Assembly: GCA_002269645.1 (NCBI GenBank)
Contig: NIVC01000543.1
Location: 372,001-436,000, forward strand
Direction: 5' to 3'
Source of the DNA: Macrostomum lignano
Taxonomy: Eukaryota
DNA: 64,000 bases
Shown: piece after piece, positions 47,101-59,819 of the stretch
How the letters are laid out: each line of letters begins with the position of its first letter
How positions within the stretch are numbered: the first letter of the stretch is position 1
Translations under genes and position numbers: made by a program
The notes under the pieces: generated by a model
Told to the model about the DNA's origin: nothing
Seen by the model: the letters and a program-made list of their open reading frames with translations, nothing else
Database searches by the model: none

Positions 47101-50100
47101 AGGGTTAGGGTTAGGGTTAGGGTTAGGGTTAGGGTTAGGGTTAGGGTTAGGGTTAGGGTTAGGGTTAGGGTTAGGGTTAGGGTTAGGGTTAGGGTTAGGG
47201 TTAGGGTTAGGGTTAGGGTTAGGGTTAGGGTTAGGGTTAGGGTTAGGGTTAGGGTTAGGGTTAGGGTTAGGGTTAGGGTTAGGGTTAGGGTTAGGGTTAG
47301 GGTTAGGGTTAGGGTTAGGGTTAGGGTTAGGGTTAGGGTTAGGGTTAGGGTTAGGGTTAGGGTTAGGGTTAGGGTTAGGGTTAGGGTTAGGGTTAGGGTT
47401 AGGGTTAGGGTTAGGGTTAGGGTTAGGGTTAGGGTTAGGGTTAGGGTTAGGGTTAGGGTTAGGGTTAGGGTTAGGGTTAGGGTTAGGGTTAGGGTTAGGG
47501 TTAGGGTTAGGGTTAGGGTTAGGGTTAGGGTTAGGGTTAGGGTTAGGGTTAGGGTTAGGGTTAGGGTTAGGGTTAGGGTTAGGGTTAGGGTTAGGGTTAG
47601 GGTTAGGGTTAGGGTTAGGGTTAGGGTTAGGGTTAGGGTTAGGGTTAGGGTTAGGGTTAGGGTTAGGGTTAGGGTTAGGGTTAGGGTTAGGGTTAGGGTT
47701 AGGGTTAGGGTTAGGGTTAGGGTTAGGGTTAGGGTTAGGGTTAGGGTTAGGGTTAGGGTTAGGGTTAGGGTTAGGGTTAGGGTTAGGGTTAGGGTTAGGG
47801 TTAGGGTTAGGGTTAGGGTTAGGGTTAGGGTTAGGGTTAGGGTTAGGGTTAGGGTTAGGGTTAGGGTTAGGGTTAGGGTTAGGGTTAGGGTTAGGGTTAG
47901 GGTTAGGGTTAGGGTTAGGGTTAGGGTTAGGGTTAGGGTTAGGGTTAGGGTTAGGGTTAGGGTTAGGGTTAGGGTTAGGGTTAGGGTTAGGGTTAGGGTT
48001 AGGGTTAGGGTTAGGGTTAGGGTTAGGGTTAGGGTTAGGGTTAGGGTTAGGGTTAGGGTTAGGGTTAGGGTTAGGGTTAGGGTTAGGGTTAGGGTTAGGG
48101 TTAGGGTTAGGGTTAGGGTTAGGGTTAGGGTTAGGGTTAGGGTTAGGGTTAGGGTTAGGGTTAGGGTTAGGGTTAGGGTTAGGGTTAGGGTTAGGGTTAG
48201 GGTTAGGGTTAGGGTTAGGGTTAGGGTTAGGGTTAGGGTTAGGGTTAGGGTTAGGGTTAGGGTTAGGGTTAGGGTTAGGGTTAGGGTTAGGGTTAGGGTT
48301 AGGGTTAGGGTTAGGGTTAGGGTTAGGGTTAGGGTTAGGGTTAGGGTTAGGGTTAGGGTTAGGGTTAGGGTTAGGGTTAGGGTTAGGGTTAGGGTTAGGG
48401 TTAGGGTTAGGGTTAGGGTTAGGGTTAGGGTTAGGGTTAGGGTTAGGGTTAGGGTTAGGGTTAGGGTTAGGGTTAGGGTTAGGGTTAGGGTTAGGGTTAG
48501 GGTTAGGGTTAGGGTTAGGGTTAGGGTTAGGGTTAGGGTTAGGGTTAGGGTTAGGGTTAGGGTTAGGGTTAGGGTTAGGGTTAGGGTTAGGGTTAGGGTT
48601 AGGGTTAGGGTTAGGGTTAGGGTTAGGGTTAGGGTTAGGGTTAGGGTTAGGGTTAGGGTTAGGGTTAGGGTTAGGGTTAGGGTTAGGGTTAGGGTTAGGG
48701 TTAGGGTTAGGGTTAGGGTTAGGGTTAGGGTTAGGGTTAGGGTTAGGGTTAGGGTTAGGGTTAGGGTTAGGGTTAGGGTTAGGGTTAGGGTTAGGGTTAG
48801 GGTTAGGGTTAGGGTTAGGGTTAGGGTTAGGGTTAGGGTTAGGGTTAGGGTTAGGGTTAGGGTTAGGGTTAGGGTTAGGGTTAGGGTTAGGGTTAGGGTT
48901 AGGGTTAGGGTTAGGGTTAGGGTTAGGGTTAGGGTTAGGGTTAGGGTTAGGGTTAGGGTTAGGGTTAGGGTTAGGGTTAGGGTTAGGGTTAGGGTTAGGG
49001 TTAGGGTTAGGGTTAGGGTTAGGGTTAGGGTTAGGGTTAGGGTTAGGGTTAGGGTTAGGGTTAGGGTTAGGGTTAGGGTTAGGGTTAGGGTTAGGGTTAG
49101 GGTTAGGGTTAGGGTTAGGGTTAGGGTTAGGGTTAGGGTTAGGGTTAGGGTTAGGGTTAGGGTTAGGGTTAGGGTTAGGGTTAGGGTTAGGGTTAGGGTT
49201 AGGGTTAGGGTTAGGGTTAGGGTTAGGGTTAGGGTTAGGGTTAGGGTTAGGGTTAGGGTTAGGGTTAGGGTTAGGGTTAGGGTTAGGGTTAGGGTTAGGG
49301 TTAGGGTTAGGGTTAGGGTTAGGGTTAGGGTTAGGGTTAGGGTTAGGGTTAGGGTTAGGGTTAGGGTTAGGGTTAGGGTTAGGGTTAGGGTTAGGGTTAG
49401 GGTTAGGGTTAGGGTTAGGGTTAGGGTTAGGGTTAGGGTTAGGGTTAGGGTTAGGGTTAGGGTTAGGGTTAGGGTTAGGGTTAGGGTTAGGGTTAGGGTT
49501 AGGGTTAGGGTTAGGGTTAGGGTTAGGGTTAGGGTTAGGGTTAGGGTTAGGGTTAGGGTTAGGGTTAGGGTTAGGGTTAGGGTTAGGGTTAGGGTTAGGG
49601 TTAGGGTTAGGGTTAGGGTTAGGGTTAGGGTTAGGGTTAGGGTTAGGGTTAGGGTTAGGGTTAGGGTTAGGGTTAGGGTTAGGGTTAGGGTTAGGGTTAG
49701 GGTTAGGGTTAGGGTTAGGGTTAGGGTTAGGGTTAGGGTTAGGGTTAGGGTTAGGGTTAGGGTTAGGGTTAGGGTTAGGGTTAGGGTTAGGGTTAGGGTT
49801 AGGGTTAGGGTTAGGGTTAGGGTTAGGGTTAGGGTTAGGGTTAGGGTTAGGGTTAGGGTTAGGGTTAGGGTTAGGGTTAGGGTTAGGGTTAGGGTTAGGG
49901 TTAGGGTTAGGGTTAGGGTTAGGGTTAGGGTTAGGGTTAGGGTTAGGGTTAGGGTTAGGGTTAGGGTTAGGGTTAGGGTTAGGGTTAGGGTTAGGGTTAG
50001 GGTTAGGGTTAGGGTTAGGGTTAGGGTTAGGGTTAGGGTTAGGGTTAGGGTTAGGGTTAGGGTTAGGGTTAGGGTTAGGGTTAGGGTTAGGGTTAGGGTT

Positions 50101-53100
50101 AGGGTTAGGGTTAGGGTTAGGGTTAGGGTTAGGGTTAGGGTTAGGGTTAGGGTTAGGGTTAGGGTTAGGGTTAGGGTTAGGGTTAGGGTTAGGGTTAGGG
50201 TTAGGGTTAGGGTTAGGGTTAGGGTTAGGGTTAGGGTTAGGGTTAGGGTTAGGGTTAGGGTTAGGGTTAGGGTTAGGGTTAGGGTTAGGGTTAGGGTTAG
50301 GGTTAGGGTTAGGGTTAGGGTTAGGGTTAGGGTTAGGGTTAGGGTTAGGGTTAGGGTTAGGGTTAGGGTTAGGGTTAGGGTTAGGGTTAGGGTTAGGGTT
50401 AGGGTTAGGGTTAGGGTTAGGGTTAGGGTTAGGGTTAGGGTTAGGGTTAGGGTTAGGGTTAGGGTTAGGGTTAGGGTTAGGGTTAGGGTTAGGGTTAGGG
50501 TTAGGGTTAGGGTTAGGGTTAGGGTTAGGGTTAGGGTTAGGGTTAGGGTTAGGGTTAGGGTTAGGGTTAGGGTTAGGGTTAGGGTTAGGGTTAGGGTTAG
50601 GGTTAGGGTTAGGGTTAGGGTTAGGGTTAGGGTTAGGGTTAGGGTTAGGGTTAGGGTTAGGGTTAGGGTTAGGGTTAGGGTTAGGGTTAGGGTTAGGGTT
50701 AGGGTTAGGGTTAGGGTTAGGGTTAGGGTTAGGGTTAGGGTTAGGGTTAGGGTTAGGGTTAGGGTTAGGGTTAGGGTTAGGGTTAGGGTTAGGGTTAGGG
50801 TTAGGGTTAGGGTTAGGGTTAGGGTTAGGGTTAGGGTTAGGGTTAGGGTTAGGGTTAGGGTTAGGGTTAGGGTTAGGGTTAGGGTTAGGGTTAGGGTTAG
50901 GGTTAGGGTTAGGGTTAGGGTTAGGGTTAGGGTTAGGGTTAGGGTTAGGGTTAGGGTTAGGGTTAGGGTTAGGGTTAGGGTTAGGGTTAGGGTTAGGGTT
51001 AGGGTTAGGGTTAGGGTTAGGGTTAGGGTTAGGGTTAGGGTTAGGGTTAGGGTTAGGGTTAGGGTTAGGGTTAGGGTTAGGGTTAGGGTTAGGGTTAGGG
51101 TTAGGGTTAGGGTTAGGGTTAGGGTTAGGGTTAGGGTTAGGGTTAGGGTTAGGGTTAGGGTTAGGGTTAGGGTTAGGGTTAGGGTTAGGGTTAGGGTTAG
51201 GGTTAGGGTTAGGGTTAGGGTTAGGGTTAGGGTTAGGGTTAGGGTTAGGGTTAGGGTTAGGGTTAGGGTTAGGGTTAGGGTTAGGGTTAGGGTTAGGGTT
51301 AGGGTTAGGGTTAGGGTTAGGGTTAGGGTTAGGGTTAGGGTTAGGGTTAGGGTTAGGGTTAGGGTTAGGGTTAGGGTTAGGGTTAGGGTTAGGGTTAGGG
51401 TTAGGGTTAGGGTTAGGGTTAGGGTTAGGGTTAGGGTTAGGGTTAGGGTTAGGGTTAGGGTTAGGGTTAGGGTTAGGGTTAGGGTTAGGGTTAGGGTTAG
51501 GGTTAGGGTTAGGGTTAGGGTTAGGGTTAGGGTTAGGGTTAGGGTTAGGGTTAGGGTTAGGGTTAGGGTTAGGGTTAGGGTTAGGGTTAGGGTTAGGGTT
51601 AGGGTTAGGGTTAGGGTTAGGGTTAGGGTTAGGGTTAGGGTTAGGGTTAGGGTTAGGGTTAGGGTTAGGGTTAGGGTTAGGGTTAGGGTTAGGGTTAGGG
51701 TTAGGGTTAGGGTTAGGGTTAGGGTTAGGGTTAGGGTTAGGGTTAGGGTTAGGGTTAGGGTTAGGGTTAGGGTTAGGGTTAGGGTTAGGGTTAGGGTTAG
51801 GGTTAGGGTTAGGGTTAGGGTTAGGGTTAGGGTTAGGGTTAGGGTTAGGGTTAGGGTTAGGGTTAGGGTTAGGGTTAGGGTTAGGGTTAGGGTTAGGGTT
51901 AGGGTTAGGGTTAGGGTTAGGGTTAGGGTTAGGGTTAGGGTTAGGGTTAGGGTTAGGGTTAGGGTTAGGGTTAGGGTTAGGGTTAGGGTTAGGGTTAGGG
52001 TTAGGGTTAGGGTTAGGGTTAGGGTTAGGGTTAGGGTTAGGGTTAGGGTTAGGGTTAGGGTTAGGGTTAGGGTTAGGGTTAGGGTTAGGGTTAGGGTTAG
52101 GGTTAGGGTTAGGGTTAGGGTTAGGGTTAGGGTTAGGGTTAGGGTTAGGGTTAGGGTTAGGGTTAGGGTTAGGGTTAGGGTTAGGGTTAGGGTTAGGGTT
52201 AGGGTTAGGGTTAGGGTTAGGGTTAGGGTTAGGGTTAGGGTTAGGGTTAGGGTTAGGGTTAGGGTTAGGGTTAGGGTTAGGGTTAGGGTTAGGGTTAGGG
52301 TTAGGGTTAGGGTTAGGGTTAGGGTTAGGGTTAGGGTTAGGGTTAGGGTTAGGGTTAGGGTTAGGGTTAGGGTTAGGGTTAGGGTTAGGGTTAGGGTTAG
52401 GGTTAGGGTTAGGGTTAGGGTTAGGGTTAGGGTTAGGGTTAGGGTTAGGGTTAGGGTTAGGGTTAGGGTTAGGGTTAGGGTTAGGGTTAGGGTTAGGGTT
52501 AGGGTTAGGGTTAGGGTTAGGGTTAGGGTTAGGGTTAGGGTTAGGGTTAGGGTTAGGGTTAGGGTTAGGGTTAGGGTTAGGGTTAGGGTTAGGGTTAGGG
52601 TTAGGGTTAGGGTTAGGGTTAGGGTTAGGGTTAGGGTTAGGGTTAGGGTTAGGGTTAGGGTTAGGGTTAGGGTTAGGGTTAGGGTTAGGGTTAGGGTTAG
52701 GGTTAGGGTTAGGGTTAGGGTTAGGGTTAGGGTTAGGGTTAGGGTTAGGGTTAGGGTTAGGGTTAGGGTTAGGGTTAGGGTTAGGGTTAGGGTTAGGGTT
52801 AGGGTTAGGGTTAGGGTTAGGGTTAGGGTTAGGGTTAGGGTTAGGGTTAGGGTTAGGGTTAGGGTTAGGGTTAGGGTTAGGGTTAGGGTTAGGGTTAGGG
52901 TTAGGGTTAGGGTTAGGGTTAGGGTTAGGGTTAGGGTTAGGGTTAGGGTTAGGGTTAGGGTTAGGGTTAGGGTTAGGGTTAGGGTTAGGGTTAGGGTTAG
53001 GGTTAGGGTTAGGGTTAGGGTTAGGGTTAGGGTTAGGGTTAGGGTTAGGGTTAGGGTTAGGGTTAGGGTTAGGGTTAGGGTTAGGGTTAGGGTTAGGGTT

Positions 53101-56096
53101 AGGGTTAGGGTTAGGGTTAGGGTTAGGGTTAGGGTTAGGGTTAGGGTTAGGGTTAGGGTTAGGGTTAGGGTTAGGGTTAGGGTTAGGGTTAGGGTTAGGG
53201 TTAGGGTTAGGGTTAGGGTTAGGGTTAGGGTTAGGGTTAGGGTTAGGGTTAGGGTTAGGGTTAGGGTTAGGGTTAGGGTTAGGGTTAGGGTTAGGGTTAG
53301 GGTTAGGGTTAGGGTTAGGGTTAGGGTTAGGGTTAGGGTTAGGGTTAGGGTTAGGGTTAGGGTTAGGGTTAGGGTTAGGGTTAGGGTTAGGGTTAGGGTT
53401 AGGGTTAGGGTTAGGGTTAGGGTTAGGGTTAGGGTTAGGGTTAGGGTTAGGGTTAGGGTTAGGGTTAGGGTTAGGGTTAGGGTTAGGGTTAGGGTTAGGG
53501 TTAGGGTTAGGGTTAGGGTTAGGGTTAGGGTTAGGGTTAGGGTTAGGGTTAGGGTTAGGGTTAGGGTTAGGGTTAGGGTTAGGGTTAGGGTTAGGGTTAG
53601 GGTTAGGGTTAGGGTTAGGGTTAGGGTTAGGGTTAGGGTTAGGGTTAGGGTTAGGGTTAGGGTTAGGGTTAGGGTTAGGGTTAGGGTTAGGGTTAGGGTT
53701 AGGGTTAGGGTTAGGGTTAGGGTTAGGGTTAGGGTTAGGGTTAGGGTTAGGGTTAGGGTTAGGGTTAGGGTTAGGGTTAGGGTTAGGGTTAGGGTTAGGG
53801 TTAGGGTTAGGGTTAGGGTTAGGGTTAGGGTTAGGGTTAGGGTTAGGGTTAGGGTTAGGGTTAGGGTTAGGGTTAGGGTTAGGGTTAGGGTTAGGGTTAG
53901 GGTTAGGGTTAGGGTTAGGGTTAGGGTTAGGGTTAGGGTTAGGGTTAGGGTTAGGGTTAGGGTTAGGGTTAGGGTTAGGGTTAGGGTTAGGGTTAGGGTT
54001 AGGGTTAGGGTTAGGGTTAGGGTTAGGGTTAGGGTTAGGGTTAGGGTTAGGGTTAGGGTTAGGGTTAGGGTTAGGGTTAGGGTTAGGGTTAGGGTTAGGG
54101 TTAGGGTTAGGGTTAGGGTTAGGGTTAGGGTTAGGGTTAGGGTTAGGGTTAGGGTTAGGGTTAGGGTTAGGGTTAGGGTTAGGGTTAGGGTTAGGGTTAG
54201 GGTTAGGGTTAGGGTTAGGGTTAGGGTTAGGGTTAGGGTTAGGGTTAGGGTTAGGGTTAGGGTTAGGGTTAGGGTTAGGGTTAGGGTTAGGGTTAGGGTT
54301 AGGGTTAGGGTTAGGGTTAGGGTTAGGGTTAGGGTTAGGGTTAGGGTTAGGGTTAGGGTTAGGGTTAGGGTTAGGGTTAGGGTTAGGGTTAGGGTTAGGG
54401 TTAGGGTTAGGGTTAGGGTTAGGGTTAGGGTTAGGGTTAGGGTTAGGGTTAGGGTTAGGGTTAGGGTTAGGGTTAGGGTTAGGGTTAGGTTAGGGTTAGG
54501 GTTAGGGTTAGGGTTAGGGTTAGGGTTAGGGTTAGGGTTAGGGTTAGGGTTAGGGTTAGGGTTAGGGTTAGGGTTAGGGTTAGGGTTAGGGTTAGGGTTA
54601 GGGTTAGGGTTAGGGTTAGGGTTAGGGTTAGGGTTAGGGTTAGGGTTAGGGTTAGGGTTAGGGTTAGGGTTAGGGTTAGGGTTAGGGTTAGGGTTAGGGT
54701 TAGGGTTAGGGTTAGGGTTAGGGTTAGGGTTAGGGTTAGGGTTAGGGTTAGGGTTAGGGTTAGGGTTAGGGTTAGGGTTAGGGTTAGGGTTAGGGTTAGG
54801 GTTAGGGTTAGGGTTAGGGTTAGGGTTAGGGTTAGGGTTAGGGTTAGGGTTAGGGTTAGGGTTAGGGTTAGGGTTAGGGTTAGGGTTAGGGTTAGGGTTA
54901 GGGTTAGGGTTAGGGTTAGGGTTAGGGTTAGGGTTAGGGTTAGGTTAGGGTTAGGGTTAGGGTTAGGGTTAGGGTTAGGGTTAGGGTTAGGGTTAGGGTT
55001 AGGGTTAGGGTTAGGGTTAGGGTTAGGGTTAGGGTTAGGGTTAGGGTTAGGGTTAGGGTTAGGGTTAGGGTTAGGGTTAGGGTTAGGGTTAGGGTTAGGG
55101 TTAGGGTTAGGGTTAGGGTTAGGGTTAGGGTTAGGGTTAGGGTTAGGGTTAGGGTTAGGGTTAGGGTTAGGGTTAGGGTTAGGGTTAGGGTTAGGGTTAG
55201 GGTTAGGGTTAGGGTTAGGGTTAGGGTTAGGGTTAGGGTTAGGGTTAGGGTTAGGGTTAGGGTTAGGGTTAGGGTTAGGGTTAGGGTTAGGGTTAGGGTT
55301 AGGGTTAGGGTTAGGGTTAGGGTTAGGGTTAGGGTTAGGGTTAGGGTTAGGGTTAGGGTTAGGGTTAGGGTTAGGGTTAGGGTTAGGGTTAGGGTTAGGG
55401 TTAGGGTTAGGGTTAGGGTTAGGGTTAGGGTTAGGGTTAGGGTTAGGGTTAGGGTTAGGGTTAGGGTTAGGGTTAGGGTTAGGGTTAGGGTTAGGGTTAG
55501 GGTTAGGGTTAGGTTAGGGTTAGGGTTAGGGTTAGGGTTAGGGTTAGGGTTAGGGTTAGGGTTAGGGTTAGGGTTAGGTTAGGGTTAGGGTTAGGTTAGG
55601 GTTAGGGTTAGGGTTAGGGTTAGGGTTAGGGTTAGGGTTAGGGTTAGGGTTAGGGTTAGGGTTAGGGTTAGGGTTAGGGTTAGGGTTAGGGTTAGGGTTA
55701 GGGTTAGGGTTAGGGTTAGGGTTAGGGTTAGGGTTAGGGTTAGGGTTAGGGTTAGGGTTAGGGTTAGGGTTAGGGTTAGGGTTAGGGTTAGGGTTAGGGT
55801 TAGGGTTAGGGTTAGGGTTAGGGTTAGGGTTAGGGTTAGGGTTAGGGTTAGGGTTAGGGTTAGGGTTAGGGTTAGGGTTAGGGTTAGGGTTAGGGTTAGG
55901 GTTAGGGTTAGGGTTAGGGTTAGGGTTAGGTTAGGGTTAGGGTTAGGGTTGGGTTAGGTTAGGGTTAGGGTTAGGGTTAGGGTTAGGGTTAGGGTTAGGG
56001 TTAGGGTTAGGGTTAGGGTTAGGGTTAGGGTTAGGGTTAGGGTTAGGGTTAGGGTTAGGGTTAGGGTTAGGGTTAGGGTTAGGGTTAGGGTTAGGG

Positions 56097-56137
<41 letters not shown>

Positions 56138-56645
56138 GGTTAGGGTTAGGGTTAGGGTTAGGGTTAGGGTTAGGGTTAGGGTTAGGGTTAGGGTTAGGGT
56201 TAGGGTTAGGGTTAGGGTTAGGGTTAGGGTTAGGGTTAGGGTTAGGGTTAGGGTTAGGGTTAGGGTTAGGGTTAGGGTTAGGGTTAGGGTTAGGGTTAGG
56301 GTTAGGGTTAGGGTTAGGGTTAGGGTTAGGGTTAGGGTTAGGGTTAGGGTTAGGGTTAGGGTTAGGGTTAGGGTTAGGGTTAGGGTTAGGGTTAGGGTTA
56401 GGGTTAGGGTTAGGGTTAGGGTTAGGGTTAGGGTTAGGGTTAGGGTTAGGGTTAGGGTTAGGGTTAGGGTTAGGGTTAGGGTTAGGGTTAGGGTTAGGGT
56501 TAGGGTTAGGGTTAGGGTTAGGTTAGGGTTAGGTTAGGGTTAGGGTTAGGGTTAGGGTTAGGGTTAGGTTAGGGTTCTAGGGTTAGGGTTAGGGTTAGGG
56601 TTAGGGTTAGGGTTAGGGTTAGGGTTAGGGTTAGGGTTAGGGTTA
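44156..56645 (+). repeat. (TTAGGG)n telomeric array, ~12.5 kb (~2080 units)
   Basis: Uninterrupted TTAGGG, with occasional TTAGG/TTTAGGG/TTGGG variants only after ~54485. Confidence 0.99.
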
Positions 56646-56901
56646 NNNNNNNNNNNNNNNNNNNNNNNNNNNNNNNNNNNNNNNNNNNNNNNNNNNNNNN
56701 NNNNNNNNNNNNNNNNNNNNNNNNNNNNNNNNNNNNNNNNNNNNNNNNNNNNNNNNNNNNNNNNNNNNNNNNNNNNNNNNNNNNNNNNNNNNNNNNNNNN
56801 NNNNNNNNNNNNNNNNNNNNNNNNNNNNNNNNNNNNNNNNNNNNNNNNNNNNNNNNNNNNNNNNNNNNNNNNNNNNNNNNNNNNNNNNNNNNNNNNNNNN
56901 N
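56646..56901. other. Assembly gap (256 N)
   Basis: Run of N. Confidence 0.99.
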
Positions 56902-57095
56902 GAGCTACAGTAGGATATCATGAGCTACAGTAGGATATCATGAGCTACAGTAGGATGTCATGAACTACAATAGGATGTCATGAGCTACAATAGGATGTCA
57001 TGAGCTACAATAGGATGTCATGAGCTACAGTATGATATCATGAGCTACAGTAGGATGTCAGGAGCTACAGTAGGATATCATGAGCTACAGTAAGA
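56902..57095. repeat. 20-bp tandem repeat (GAGCTACAGTAGGATATCAT)
   Basis: About 10 copies directly after the gap. Confidence 0.93.
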
Positions 57096-57150
57096 CGTAA
57101 GGGACTACAAAAGTGACTCATCAGTTTTCAAGCATTATTAGCAAACTCAC

Positions 57151-59819
57151 GCTTATGCTTAATGCTTTGAGTCCTTTCAAGGTCGAGCACTTCGCCGTCC
57201 ATGTTGACAACCAGGCCCATCCGCTTCATGATTGGGACTAAAGCTGAAATTCATACAAGCAATTGGGATCTCTGAGTTGCATCTCGACTTCAGAGACCAC
57301 TTCAGTCAATGTAAAGCGAGCTGATGGATCTGTCTGGAGGACATTGTTGGGGTCTGAAGGACTCTGTGGGGTCTGGAGGACATTGTTGGGGTCTGAAGGA
57401 CTCTGTGGGGTCTGGAGGACTCTGTGGGGTCTGGAGGACATTGTTGGGGTCTGAAGGACTCTGTGGGGTCTGGAGGACTCTGTGGGGTCTGGAGGACATT
57501 GTTGGGGTCTGAAGGACTCTGTGGGGTCTGGAGGACTCTGTGGGGTCTGGAGGACTCTGTGGGTCTGAGGACATTGTTGGGGTCTGAAGGACTCTGTGGG
57601 TCTGGAGGACTCTGTGGGGTCGGAGGACACTGTGGATCTGGAGGACTCTGTGGGATCTCTATAAAGCATTTTGGAGTCTGGAAGACACTCTGGAGGAAAC
57701 TGTGGGATCTGGAAGACCACAATGGCTTGCATAGGCTTTCCTAAAAAGTTAAACTAAAAGACAATAAAAGCTGTGGAAACCTTTGCTGAGCTGCAGAGAG
57801 CCAGTCTGCTCCGAGATATAGCAGATGAGGTTGTCCCGATTCGGGCACTGACAGTCCTCAAAGTGACCACCAGGTCCTGATAGATGTACCGGCAGGAAAC
57901 GCCGGAATCGAACCCGGGACGTCCGTTCATAGCGTAGAGATTGTAGCCCCAGCCTTCGGTGAAATTTCCTGTGAAGCTGAACCCGAACCTTGACCACATG
58001 GATTTGAGTACTTCGGCAAATACGAAGTGGGTTCGAACTTTGTTGGGCACGAAGCCGGCTTGTCTGAGGGCCTCCGACAGCTGGGCGGACCTCTGAAATG
58101 AGCGGCGGCCGATATTTTCGGGTCATGGAGGGTGAAACTGTCCGGGTCATAGAATATGGCATTTAGGGTCACAGAGGGTAAAATTGTCTGGGTCATAGAA
58201 TATGAAATTTAGGGTCATAAAAGGTGAAATTTTCCAGGTCATAGGGTCATAGAATATGACAGATCGGGTCATGGAGGTGTGAAACCAGTGAAATTTTTCG
58301 GTTAAGAAATCTGTTATTCTCCAAATTTCTGGCGGGTTGATCACAGTTTGCATTAAAATTCTGTTTTGAACTTAAGCTACTGAGTCAGTAGTAAAACAAG
58401 CTGCATAGAGTGCATAAACACAGCATAATTTAAAAGTACTTAAGTACAGAAATCGACTGGTAGCGCTTCCACTGACGCATTTTCAAATTCAAATTCACGC
58501 CACCGCGCGTGACCGGGCAGGGAGTTGCAGTTAGCGAAGGCAACGGGCAGGGGAGGAAGGTGAGCAGTGAATGTACAAGTATATAACTGAAAGATTATTA
58601 ATCAGGGTACTCCGCCCTCATTAAAGCAATTTTATAGAAGCAAGTCATGTGACAATGGCAGGCTAAAGCACCGACTTTGAGAACAATTCAACTATTCCAA
58701 GACCCTCTTTGAAATCAATAAAATTTACTGAAAGCGCTGTACTAGTGTGAGTTTCTGCATTTGGGTAAGCCTTACGAAATAAATGACTAAGTGCCTTGGA
58801 GCTGCATTATGAATAGTTATTGCACTGTTTCACATAAGATTTGCCTGCTTGGCACTAGTAGCTGGAAAACTTGTGTTTGGGGTGCTAAAATGCAAATCTC
58901 CCTCACACTCTCCCTCACTCTCTCCCTCACTCTCTCCCTCACACTCTCCCTCACACTCTCCCTAACTCTCTCCCTCACTCTCCCCACACTCCCCCTCACT
59001 CTCCCTCACACTCTACCTAACTCTCTCCCTCACTCTCTCCCTCACACTCTCCCTCACTCTCTCCCTCACACTCTCCCTAACTCTCTCCCTCACTCTCTCC
59101 CTCACACTCTCCCTAACTCTCTCCCTCACTCTCCCCACACTCCCTCCCTCACTCTCCCCACACTCCCCTCACTCTCCCTCACACTCTCCCTAACTCTCTC
59201 CCTCACTCTCTCCCTCACACTCTCCCTAACTCTCTCCCTCACTCTCTCCCTCACACTCTCCCTAACTCTCTCCCTCACTCTCTCCCTCACACTCTCCCTA
59301 ACTCTCTCCCTCACTCTCTCCCTCACACTCTCCCTAACTCTCTCCCTCACTCTCCCCCACACTCCCCCTCACTCTCTCCCCAACACTCCCCCTCACTCTC
59401 TTTCTCAAATTCCCTCACTCTCCTCCACACTCTCCCTCACTCTCCCCCACACTCTCCCTCACTCTCCCTCACTCCCCCCACACTCTCCCACACTCTCCCT
59501 CACACTCTCCCTCACTCTCTCCCTCGCTCTCTCCCTCTCCCTCTCTCTCCCACTCTCCCTCTCCCACTCTCTCCCTCAATCGGGCACACATCGGGCACTT
59601 CTTGATCAGCTTTGCCAGTCTCCCCATCCCCCTCACCTCCTCCTCGGACATCGCCGAACCCTCCAGTCCACCGTCCGCCAGTGGAGACGGAGTGGCGCCT
59701 CTCGGCTGGGGCTGCCTGACGGGCCGGGTCACGGTGCCGCGGTCTCCCTCAGGCGGAGGCGGAAAAGTCTGCCTCAGCTGGTTGTAGGACATTCCAATCT
59801 GGACTCTCGACTGCAAGAC
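57151..59819 (-). CDS. Three predicted exons (59637-59819, 57781-58092, 57151-57243) of an unidentified gene, possibly with a C-type-lectin-like Cys pattern
   Basis: GT-AG boundaries are phase-compatible if one missing G near 57877 is restored, giving SCRYIYQ-GPGGHFEDCQCPNRDNLICY. Confidence 0.45.
57333..57660. repeat. 19-20-bp minisatellite (GGGGTCTGGAGGACTCTGT)
   Basis: Tandem array; source of several spurious ORFs. Confidence 0.93.
58900..59575. repeat. CT-rich 12-bp-period repeat (CTCTCCCTCACA/CTCTCCCTAA)
   Basis: Low-complexity array giving the (LTLS)n ORF. Confidence 0.93.

Noticed and set aside
56643-56921. ORF composed of X residues
   Set aside because: It spans the N gap.
57238-57744. 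Pro/Gln-rich and Gly-rich ORFs
   Set aside because: They arise from the 19-20-bp tandem array.
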